Source of the DNA: Isurus oxyrinchus
Taxonomy: Eukaryota
DNA: 64,000 bases
Direction: 5' to 3'
Assembly (NCBI GenBank): GCA_026770705.1
Contig: JANJGN010000088.1
Span: 620,001 to 684,000 of the forward strand
Shown one piece after another: positions 40,410-50,199 of this stretch. Made by a program: the position numbers and the translations under genes. The notes beneath the pieces are model-generated. The model made no database searches and had not been told where the DNA came from. It saw nothing but the letters and a program-made list of their open reading frames with translations. Each line of letters begins with the position of its first letter. The stretch's first letter is position 1.

Positions 40410-41057
40410 TGATGAGAAGGGTCCTTCCCATCAAATCCTTCACTGTATGAACAGAAGCTCATTGCCTCAGCACACTGCCTGTGAGATGACTGTGGTGGGG
40501 GTGAGGCCATCTCCCACTGCATCTACAAAGTAGGTCTGGAAAGAGATGCTGTGCTTTGTGTCAAGATTCACCCTGAGCAGATCTGTAACACAGGACTCGG
40601 TGTTCTACAGGCTGTTCCCAGGGACAGACAGTGGGATAAACATCAACTGCTGCAGGTGGGCCATCAACTCGGTGAAAGACACTCTTTGGTCTGTCTGAAA
40701 CCTGCTGGTTTTCCAGTGCACAGATCTGTCCATGACTGAGTGTTGCAGACTGGGACGTTCAGACTACAAGCTGAGGGTGGCATTAAATCTTGGGACATCT
40801 GCCGCAAAGGCTCAGTGGGAAGGGCCACTGTCTAAGGCACATCAGGCATAGTTTACCAAGGGGCTGGAACCCATGTAAACCCCCACAGGCTGTACGAACC
40901 AGAGACAATGTTTGACATGAAATGTAAATACGAATGTCGTGAGATAACTCCTGTCCAGTTTTGAAAGGAACTGGTCTGTCTGGTGCTTTTGGTGATGTCA
41001 AATTTAAACTGTTATTTAATGTACTTTTACCAATTATATAAATAAAGTATATTTTTG
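40410..41057 (+). mobile_element. Tx1/L1-clade LINE ORF2 C-terminal remnant with AT-rich 3' end
   Basis: Reading across frames gives SVFYRLFPGTDSGININCC..INSVKDTLWSV.NLLVFQC..DYKLRVAL.LG..KAQWEG, which resembles Tx1 ORF2 C-termini. Ends aaataaagtatattttt. Recognised from memory. Confidence 0.55.
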
Positions 41058-41069
41058 TCTCATTATGTC

Positions 41070-41667
41070 TCCCTCAGGGAGATATCTGTAAACTGACTGG
41101 TGTCCCTCAGTCCTCCTCTCTCAGGGAGTTTCACTCTGACTGGTGTCCCTCAGTCCTCCTCTCTCAGGGAGTTTCACACTGACTGGTGTCCCTCAGTCCT
41201 CCTCTCTCAGGGAGTTTCACACTGACTGCTGTCCCTCAGTCCTCCTCTCTCAGGGAGTGTCACACTGACTGGTGTCCCTCAGTCCTCCTCTCTCAGGGAG
41301 TTTCACACTGACTGCTGTCCCTCAGTCCTCCTCTCTCAGGGAGTTTCACACTGACTGCTGTCCCTCAGTCCTCCTCTCTCAGGGAGTTTCACACTGACTG
41401 CTGTCCCTCAGTCCTCCTCTCTCAGGGAGTTTCACACTGACTGCTGTCCCTCAGTCCTCCTCTCTCAGGGAGTTTCACACTGACTGGTGTCTCTCAGTCC
41501 TCCTCTCTCAGGGAGTTTTACACTGACTGGTGTCCCTCAGTCCTCCTCTCTCAGGGAGTTTCACACTGACTGGTGTCTCTCAGTCCTCCTCTCTCAGGGA
41601 GTTTTACACTGACTGGTGTCCCTCAGTCCTCCTCTCTCAGGGAGTTTTACACTGACTGGTGTCTCAG
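41070..41667. repeat. 43-bp minisatellite (~13-14 units; tgtccctcagtcctcctctctcagggagtttcacactgactgg) just upstream of the V promoter
   Basis: Directly visible and highly homogeneous. Confidence 0.95.
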
Positions 41668-41816
41668 TTTATCTGTTGTACACAAACTGTTTACCTTTGA
41701 GATAAATGACCAGGACAAAGTGTGACTGGATCTTTAATTTATTATTGCTGCTGATCCTCTGCCTGTTGAATAAATAAATAACTTGCAGAGAATTGAAATC
41801 TGTGCTGGAGGCGGCG

Positions 41817-41900
41817 ACAGGAAGCTGAGCTTCTGGTTTCAGTGGGTGGGGCTGCTGTTTAAACTGTGGGACCCTCACTCACTCCACTTCCCTATTTAAA
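41817..41900 (+). promoter_or_regulatory. Putative IgW VH promoter: ETS-like sites and TATA-like box, no proximal octamer
   Basis: ACAGGAAG at 41817-41824, CACTTCCC (GGGAAGTG on minus) at 41885-41892 and TATTTAAA at 41893-41900, 86 bp before the leader ATG. Motif matches only. Confidence 0.5.
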
Positions 41901-41985
41901 CAGCAATGACTCCAGCTCCAAACACAGGCGCCCTGAAGCAGCCGATTTCTGGAGTGTCTGAGTCTGTGTCTGAAAACACAGGGCG

Positions 41986-42031
41986 ATGGGGTTTGCTCCT
42001 TATCTCTGTGTCCTTCTGCTCTGTCTGACAG
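41986..42031 (+). CDS. IgW: Ig heavy chain leader exon (MGFAPYLCVLLLCLT+G)
   Basis: Hydrophobic signal peptide, phase-1 donor G|GTGAG at 42032, and a 112-nt intron to the acceptor ..taacag at 42143. Confidence 0.93.
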
Positions 42032-42143
42032 GTGAGGGGTCCTGTGGCTTTATCCCCACACAGTGCGGCTGCTTCTTCAGAGACTCTTTGACCCTCTCTT
42101 TGTGCAACGGGTTTATTAACTTCTTTTTCTCTTTTATTAACAG

Positions 42144-42437
42144 GTGTCTGGTCCGCTATCGTGCTGACCCAGCCCAAGTCAGCTGTGAAAAAGCCGGGGG
42201 ACTCTGTCACACTGTCCTGTACAGTGAGTGGGTTCAGTCCCAGCAGCAACTGGATGCACTGGGTGAAACAGGTCCCTGGGAAAGGGCTGGAATGGTTACT
42301 TGCTTACAAGCAAGGACAAAGCACTGAGTACGCACCTGGAGTTCAGGGTCGAATCACGTTTTCAACTGAATCTTCCACAACCTCCATTAAGATTCCTAAT
42401 CTGAGAGTGGACGACACTGCCATCTATTACTGTGCAG
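42144..42437 (+). CDS. IgW: IgW heavy-chain V segment, germline (unrearranged), open frame
   Basis: (G)VWSAIVLTQPKSAVKKPGDSVTLSCTVSGFSPSSNWMHWVKQVPGKGLEWLLAY..RITFST..NLRVDDTAIYYCA. Has the canonical Cys, Trp, GKGLEW and YYC. FR2/CDR2 are full length, so it is not a VNAR; the style matches chondrichthyan IgW VH. Confidence 0.92.
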
Positions 42438-42476
42438 CACAGTGAGAGGAAGCAGGGCTGGACTGGGACAAAAACT
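42438..42476 (+). other. V 3' recombination signal sequence, 23-bp spacer
   Basis: CACAGTG (42438-42444) + 23 nt + ACAAAAACT (42468-42476). Confidence 0.95.
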
Positions 42477-42825
42477 CAGTGAGAGAATCTGCAGTCGGGG
42501 GAATGAGTGAAAGGGGAGGAATGATCGCTCACCCTCAGTTATCAGCACAGCTTTATTCCCATCCTGATTGTGTTGGGATCTGCCTTCCCCCGGAAATGGG
42601 AATGGGACTATTCGGTGGGGATTCCTGGGCTGGAGATGTGATGGGAAACCTGGGAGCCGACAGAAACTCGGGCTCGGGACACGTTTAAAAACATCTCTAT
42701 AAACTGTAGCACCTCATCCCAAACCATCGTCAGTGTGAATCCGAGAGCAGGACTGCTCACTTGTAGCAGTGTCAGTGTGGTTTAAATGTGAAGTGACTGG
42801 GCTCAGTGACAGTGAAAGGGGAGGA

Positions 42826-42905
42826 GGTTAATGTACGGGTGTGGATCACAGTGTCTATACTACGTGGCACAGTGAGAGAGACGGGGATCCCTCCATTCAA
42901 AAACC
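42826..42905 (+). other. IgW: D1 segment (coding 42854-42867, TCTATACTACGTGG) with 5' 12-RSS and 3' 22-RSS
   Basis: GGTTAATGT-12-CACAGTG | D | CACAGTG-22-TCAAAAACC. Confidence 0.9.
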
Positions 42906-43545
42906 TGTCACAGGAAAACTATTTAAACTGGACCCTTTGGGCGATACCACCGACCTTTACCTCCTGACCCGTGGATATAAATCAGATCCCGATTAAATAA
43001 TCTGTGTGAACAACTTTCTTTGAAGATGTTATTTGAAAGACAGAAACAAGAGTGAGTAACAGCTGTCGGGTGAAGAGGTCACTGTCAAGACTGACATTTG
43101 TTCCCCTTCCCTCGTTACCCTGAGAAGATGATGGTAACCGAGAGCCTCACTGACCCCTTCAGAGGGCAGGTAAGAGTCAACCACATTGAGTGTGGGACTG
43201 GAGTCACCTATAGACCAGACCGGATTTCCTTTCATTCAGGACAAGAGTGAACCAATTGGTTTTTTTTATGACAATCCAACAGCTTCATGGTCACTTTTAC
43301 TGATCCCAGCATTTTCCCCAGATTTTTAAAGCGAAATTCCCAGATTCCCACAGAGGGATTGAACTCGGGATTCCCTGGATAATTAAACCCAGCCTTCAGA
43401 TCACTGATCCAGTAACAGAACCACTGAAACATCACATCCCAAACCATCGTCAGTGTGAATCCGAGAGCAGGACTGCTCACTTGTAGCAGTGTCAGTGTGG
43501 TTTAAATGTGAAGTGACTGGGCTCAGTGACAGTGAAAGGGGAGGA

Positions 43546-43627
43546 GGTTAATGTACGGGTGTGGATCACAGTGTCTATACTGGAGTGACACAGTGATAGA
43601 GACGGGGGATCCCTCCATTCAAAAACC
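43546..43627 (+). other. IgW: D2 segment (coding 43574-43588, TCTATACTGGAGTGA) with 5' 12-RSS and 3' 23-RSS
   Basis: GGTTAATGT-12-CACAGTG | D | CACAGTG-23-TCAAAAACC. Duplicate of the D1 cassette. Confidence 0.9.
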
Positions 43628-43966
43628 TGTCACAGGAAAACTATTTAAACTGGACCCTTTGGGCGATATCACCGACCTTTACCTCCTGACCCGTGGATAT
43701 AAATCAGATATCGATTAAATAATCTGGCTGTGTGAACAACTTTCTTTGAAGATGATATTTGAAAGGTGAAAGAACAGTGAGTGACAGAGAGAGGATGAAG
43801 AACAATGAAAACTCCTTGTGGATTATCTCATCTTCCTGAAAAGTCCTGGAAAACCCTGAGTTTGCCACCTGGTGCATAGGGGACACACGGATACAGACGG
43901 AGGAGTTAATAAAACTACTGGCTGCTTGTTTGGGACAGTTTATTTCAGGTTGGATCTTATACCCAT

Positions 43967-44031
43967 GGTTTATGATCTGGGGTGAAGCACTGTGATATGG
44001 AACCACAGCAGTAGAGAGCTTGACACAAACT
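43967..44031 (+). other. IgW: D3 segment (coding 43995-44003, ATATGGAAC) with 12-RSS on both sides
   Basis: GGTTTATGA-12-CACTGTG | D | CACAGCA-12-ACACAAACT. Confidence 0.88.
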
Positions 44032-44367
44032 CCCTCGCTACAATGACCATGTGTATCAGAGTCTGTGTCCATGGATTCCACATTCGTGTTTCCCAGAGTG
44101 AAATATTTAAACATTGACTTGGATTGTTGGAGGAAAATGTTGATTTCAGGGAACATAAAAGACAAAAAGGAGGCGATTCTGTTCGTTGGTAATGTGCAGG
44201 AGCTGGTGTCCACGCACAAGAAAACTGCAAAAATGCTTCATTTATTCATACATTTGGAACAGGTTTGGGATGGAATTTCAGATTAAGATACAGGAAACGC
44301 TGTTCCAGGTTAAAACACAGTTTATGTTTACATTACCTTGAGATTATTACATATCGTGGACAAGTTC

Positions 44368-44406
44368 AGTTATTGTATTGGGTCAATGAGGAGATGGAGC
44401 GCAGTG
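44368..44406 (+). other. J 5' recombination signal sequence, 23-bp spacer
   Basis: AGTTATTGT (44368-44376) + 23 nt + CGCAGTG (44400-44406). Confidence 0.85.
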
Positions 44407-44445
44407 ATTACTGGGGCACTGGAACCTTCCTGGAAGTGACTTCAG
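44407..44445 (+). CDS. IgW: IgW JH segment (YWGTGTFLEVTS)
   Basis: WGxG motif and phase-1 donor G|GTAAG at 44446. Confidence 0.93.
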
Positions 44446-46299
44446 GTAAGAAACTTCTCAATTCCTTCCTTGCCTAATATTTATTTTCTTTAATTTGTGT
44501 TATGAGTGAATTTGGTAATTCAAGTGCAATGTATGATTCACCAGAATTCAGTGAGATATTTAGCACAGTTACATGATCCTGTCTGAGAGAGTTGGATTTC
44601 TGTAGAGTCAAGAATATACCCAGTATATGGAGCTGAAATCTGATAACTGGATTTACTCTCAAGAATTAAGATTTAGCGCCACAGAATTGATTCTCGGAAT
44701 CTATTAAAGATTCTAGCATCTGCTTAATATATTCTGCTTGATCCAGATTATAGTTTTCAGGATACTTGTTATGTTGGGGCAGCTTTGGTGATTTTTGGAC
44801 TTTAGGATATTTACAAGCAAGTTAGGATTTTGTTATAATCTGAGTTAAAACACATCATCCAATTGTGCTGTGATTTAATAACTGATGTCACAGTTGTTTA
44901 AAGTTTTATTTTTTTACAATTCAACCATTGCTGGAACAGCTTTTAGGTGTAAAAAGAACAAGTTCCATATTTAACTTGATAAGTTAGTGATCACGGAGGG
45001 CAAATAGTTTACACAGAGTGAGAAATACGGATTTGTGTTTATTAAAAATGCTTCATCCCAACAAGCTTGCAGCATAAACCAGTGAACTGTCCAGGCAGAC
45101 AGGGAACAGATTGCATGTGGAATAAGATTGTATCTCATTGAGACAGGATTTGATTTGTGCTTTAATAATAATTGTTTAACAATTGGTAATGTACGAGCTC
45201 TCAATAGAGAGTTTAAATCATCTGTTGCCTCTGGTACCTCAGCTCCAACTGAACCCATACTGAAGGATTGAGAACTGGAAGGGTTTCTGTGTGGCTCAAA
45301 TTGTGCTTTGGCAATAACAGCAATGGATCGGTTAGTTGTTAATTTATTGATATCATATTTTTCCCATCACTGTTTCAGTATTTACAATTATTGGATTAAA
45401 ACAATGATATTTCATGGACATATATGAACTCAACAATTAAATATCACCCTGACTAGGAATCTAATGGGCAAGGAAAATATTTCTTGTTGCAATGTTAGTG
45501 AAGCAAGTGTTTAATATTCAGGGGGTTCTGATCGCTCCTTTTTGATGGAGATAGTTTCCCAAATTAAAGTTCGACTTGAGGGAAACAAGATCCTATTTCA
45601 GGGGCAGGTTTATGATCTATTCGAGGTAAAGGAGTTTCAGTGGTGGCTTTAAACCGGCCAGGGTGGGAGAGCCAAGGTTTTGTGAAGGGAACTGCATTTC
45701 TCTGAATATTTCTGGGAATGGTAAATTCTCCCAGGATCTACTTATACTAATTTTTCTGCATCTGATTGAAATTTGTGTCTTTCAGTTGCATTGTTTACTC
45801 AATTAACATAAAAAGGGCAATGATGATTTCAATATGTCCCCCACAGAACTTTACCCAAACAACTGAATTCTAGAAAAAGCGCACAGTAGAATTTCATTCC
45901 ACCTCGTATATCCACATGGATTCAGTGGAGTGGAAATTTGTCTCGGGTGGTGGTGTGAAACCGGTGGTATCAGAGCGGCCGCCTGTTAAACCCAGTGCCT
46001 GATATTTAATTCCACTGACTGAAATGGAACTGAATAACAGGCTCTGTTATAAGGGGCGGGTGGTCCAATAACCACCCATTTAGTGTCACAGCCCGAGATG
46101 TACTTCTAGCCTGGAGTGTTTGATTCTAACATCACTGAGCACAAACACTTAGTGAGGGGTTAATTTAACTGGAATAAAATACCTCGGTCTGTGCGATTCC
46201 AATTCACATTCTTCTTTACCAGAAAGATGTTGAAAACTGGACAGTTAAACATTTCTTGTGCCCAGATGATTTTAGACATGGCTTTTTTTGCAGTGGTTA

Positions 46300-49200
46300 T
46301 CTTTTTTCATTCATTTATGGGATGTGGGCTTCGCTGGTCAGGCTAGCATTTATTGCCCATCCCTAATTGCCGCTTGAGGTGGTGGTGGTGAGCTGGTTTC
46401 TTGAACCGCTGCAGTCCGTGTGGTGTAGGTACACCCACAGTGCTGTTAGGGACAGAGTTCCAGGATTTTGTCCCTGTGGTGTAGCTACACCCACAGCGCT
46501 GTTAGCGGGGGAGTTCCAGGATTTTGTCCCTGTGGTGTAGGTACACCCACAGCGCTGTTCGGAAGGGAATTCCAGGATTTTGTCCCTGTGCTGTCGGTAC
46601 ACCCACAGCGCTGTTAGGGAGGGAGTTCCAGGATTTTGTCCCTGTGGTGTAGGTACACCCATGGCGCTGTTAGGGAGGGGGTTCCAGGATTTTGTCCCGT
46701 GTGGTGTAGGTACACCCACAGCGCTGTTAGGGAGGGAGTTCCAGGATTTTGTCCCTGTGGTGTAGGTACACCCACAGCGCTGTTAGGGAGGGAGTTCCAG
46801 GATTTTGACCCCTGTGTGGTGTAGGTACACCCACGGTGCTGTTAGAGAGGGAGTTCCAGGATTTTGTCCCCTGTGGTGTAGCTACACCCACAGCGCTGTT
46901 AGGGAGGGAGTTCCAGGATTTTGTCCCCTGTGTGGTGTAGGTACACCCACGGTGCTGTTAGGGAGGGAGTTCCAGGATTTTGTCCCCTGTGTGGTGTAGG
47001 TACACCCGCAGCGCTGTTAGAGAGGGAGTTCGAGGATTTTGTCCCCTGTGGTGTAGGTACACCCACAGCGCTGTTAGGGAGGGAGTTCCAGGATTTTGTC
47101 CCTGTGGTGTAGGTACACCCAGGGCGCTGTTAGGGAGGGAGTTCCAGGATCTTGTCCCCTGTGGTGTAGGTACACCCACGGTGCTGTTAAGGAGGGAGTT
47201 CCAGGATTTTGTCCGTGTGGTGTAGGTACACCCACAGTGCTGTTAGGGAGGGAGTTCCAGGATTTTGTCCCTGTGGTGTAGGTACACCCACAATGCTGTT
47301 CGGGAGGGAGTTCCAGGATTTTGTCCCTGTGGTGTAGGTACACCCATGGCGCTGTTAGGGAGGGAGTTCCAGGATTTTGTCCCGTGTGGTGTAGGTGCAC
47401 CCACAGCGCTGTTAGGGAGGGAGTTCCAGGATGTTGTCCCTGTGGTGTAGGTACACCCACAGCGCTGTTAGGGAGGGAGTTCCAGGATTTTGACCCCTGT
47501 GTGGTGTAGGTACACCCACAGTGTTGTTAGGGAGGGAGTTCCAGGATTTTGTCCCCTGTGGTGTAGGTACACCCACGGTGCTGTTAGAGAGGGAGTTCCA
47601 GGATTTTGTCCCCTGTGGTGTAGCTACACCCACAGCGCTGTTAGGGAGGGAGTTCCAGGATTTTGTCCCCTGTGTGGTGTAGCTACACCCACAGCGCTGT
47701 TAGGGAGGGAGTTCCAGGATTTTGTCCCCTGTGTGGTGTAGGTACACCCGCAGCGCTGTTAGAGAGGGAGTTCGAGGATTTTGTCCCCTGTGGTGTAGGT
47801 ACACCCACAGCGCTGTTAGGGAGGGAGTTCCAGGATTTTGTCCCTGTGGTGTAGGTACACCCAGGGCGCTGTTAGGGAGGGAGTTCCAGGATCTTGTCCC
47901 CTGTGGTGTAGGTACACCCACGGTGCTGTTAAGGAGGGAGTTCCAGGATTTTGTCCGTGTGGTGTAGGTACACCCACAGTGCTGTTAGGGAGGGAGTTCC
48001 AGGATTTTGTCCCTGTGGTGTAGGTACACCCACAATGCTGTTAGGGAGGGATTTCCAGGATTTTGTCCCTGTGGCGTAGGTACACCCATGGCGCTGTTAG
48101 GGAGGAAATTCCAGGATTTTGTCCCCTGTGGTGTAGGTACACCCACGGCGCTGTTAGGGAGGGAGTTCCAGGATTTTGTCCCTGTGGTGTAGGTACACCC
48201 ACAACGCTGTTAGGGAGAGAGTTCCAGGATTTTGTTCCCTGTGGTGTAGGTACACCCACAGCGCTGTTAGGGAGGGAGTTCCAGGATTTTGTCCCCTGTG
48301 TGGTGTAGGTACACCCACGGCTCTGTTAGGGAGGGAGTTCCAGGATTTTGTCCCCTGTGGTGTAGGTACACCCACAGTGCTGTTAGGGAGGGAGTTCCAG
48401 GATTTTGTCCCCTGTGGTGTAGGTACACCCACAGCGCTGTTAGGAAGGGAGTTCCAGGATTTTGTCCCTGTGGTGTAGGTACACCCATGGCGCTGTTAGG
48501 GAGGAAGTTCCAGGATTTTGTCCCCTGTGGTGTAGGTACACCCACGGCGCTGTTAGGGAGGAAGTTCCAGGATTTTGTCCCTGTGGTGTAGGTACACCCA
48601 CAGTGCTGTTAGGGAGGGAGTTCCAGGATTTTGTCCCTGTGGTGTAGGTACACCCACAGTGCTGTTAGGGAGGGAATTCCAGGATTTTGTCCCCTGTGTT
48701 GTAGGTACACCCACAATGCTGTTAGGGAGGGATTTCCAGGATTTTGACCCAGCAACAGTGAAGGAACGGCTGATATATTTCCAAGTCAGGTTGGTGAGTG
48801 ACTTGGAGGGGAACTTCCAGATGGTGGGTGTTCCCCATGTATCAGCTGCCCTTGCCCTTCTAGATGGTAGTGGTCGTGGGTTTGGAACGTGCTGTCGAAG
48901 GAGCCTTGGTGAGTTCCTGCAGTGCATCTTGTAGATGGTACACACACTGCTGCCACTGTGCGTCAGTGGTGGAGGAAGTGAATGTTTGTGGGTGAGATGC
49001 CAATCAAGTGGGGCTGCTTTGTCCTGGATGGTGTCGAGCTTCTCGAGTGTTGTGGGAGCTGCACTCATCCAGGCACGTGGAGAGTATCCCATCACACTCC
49101 TGACTTGTACCTTGTAGATGGTGGACAGGTTTTGGGAGTGGGGAGTCTGGAGGTGAATTACTCTCCACTGAATTCCCAGCCTCTAACTTGCTCTTGTAGC

Positions 49201-49365
49201 CACAGTATGTTCTAGCTCAGTTTCTGGTCAATGGTAATCCCCAGGATGTTGATAGTGGGGGATTCAGCGACAGCAATGCCATTGAATGTCAAGGGACGAG
49301 GGTAGATTCTCTCTTGTTGGAGATGGTCATTGCCTGGCACCTGTGTGGTGTGAATGTTACTTATT
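46300..49365 (-). mobile_element. Family-B CR1 LINE 3' fragment in the J-C intron, with a greatly expanded internal tandem repeat
   Basis: Family 3' tail at ~46310-46410. Minus-strand peptide WMSAAPTTLEKLDTIQDKAA..CTIYKMHC at 48750-49360. Confidence 0.85.
46410..48750. repeat. 56-59-bp tandem array (~41 units) in the J-C intron, with a 742-bp higher-order duplication
   Basis: Unit ggattttgtcccctgtggtgtaggtacacccacagcgctgttagggagggagttcca. Identical variant runs at 46958-47225 and 47700-47967. Confidence 0.95.
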
Positions 49366-49419
49366 GATCAGCATCTTGTCCGAATGTACTCACTGGGTTC
49401 CCCTTCCTTTCTTTTTCCC

Positions 49420-49610
49420 TCAGCAGAGAGGGGGGGAGAGAGAGAGAGAATAAAGAAAGAGGTTAAGAAATGATATAGGAGAAGAGAAGAGAAATGATAT
49501 AGGAGAAGAGAACATAAACTAAAAAGGAAAGAAACTGAAGGATGAAAGATAAGACAGAGGGAAGGAAAGAGGAAGAAAGGAAAGAGATTGCTCTCTCTCT
49601 CTCTCTCTCC
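49420..49610. repeat. Purine-rich low-complexity tract with (GA)n and (CT)n
   Basis: Directly visible. Confidence 0.8.
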
Positions 49611-50199
49611 CTGTGTCCGACAAGTTCAATAGAACAGTCTTAACACTTATCGATTGGGGAAAAGCTTGGGCAGGTCTGGAAAGATGTTGAAAGGGTCAGG
49701 TCAGTGTGAGCAGGGAGGACTGCAGTAGGATGTTGGTGCTGCACTGTAATGTACTGTATGAGACCCATTCCAGTTTAATGTATTAGCTCCAGTGGATATT
49801 TAAAATATCTCAAGATTAATTGGTTAGCATTAAGGAAGTTTTCATTTATTTTCTTCAGGGGGAAAGAGATTTTAAAATTCTGAATGATATTTTGAGAAAG
49901 TAGTTTGAAGATTTAAGGGAGCAAATTAAAAGCAGGATTATTTCACACATTACTGACCAGTCAGCCTGATCGCAGTGGTGGGGACATTTTTCAACAGTTA
50001 TTCAGGATAGAATTGAAGGAACTCAGCTGCCTGAAGAGACAGAAGGATCAGATTCCATTGTAACTTTCAAAAGGGAATTGGATAAATAGTAAAAGGAAAA
50101 CATTTTCCAGCACAATCAGAAAATATCAGGAGAGTGAGATTAGTTCTGCCAAAGAGATATCATAGGCATGATGGGCCGAATTGCTCATTGTGTGTTGTC

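Noticed and set aside
41986-42327. 113-aa ORF starting at the leader ATG
   Set aside because: It is read-through of the leader intron, out of frame with V; the spliced L-V model has canonical GT/AG sites.
42144-44445. IgNAR or NAR-TCR identity suggested by three D segments
   Set aside because: The V has full FR2/CDR2 with the GKGLEW light-chain interface, the Ds lack Cys, and CH1 has the light-chain-bonding Cys.
44446-46300. Intronic enhancer in the unique AT-rich part of the J-C intron
   Set aside because: The position is plausible, but I saw no convincing cluster of octamer/E-box/ETS motifs; it would need conservation or ATAC data.
46410-48750. CRISPR-like array, or real genes among the many repetitive ORFs
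   Set aside because: Head-to-tail units with no unique spacers, no cas genes and a vertebrate context. The ORFs here and at 21061-21440, 22264-23360 and 27206-27769 are just translations of tandem repeats.
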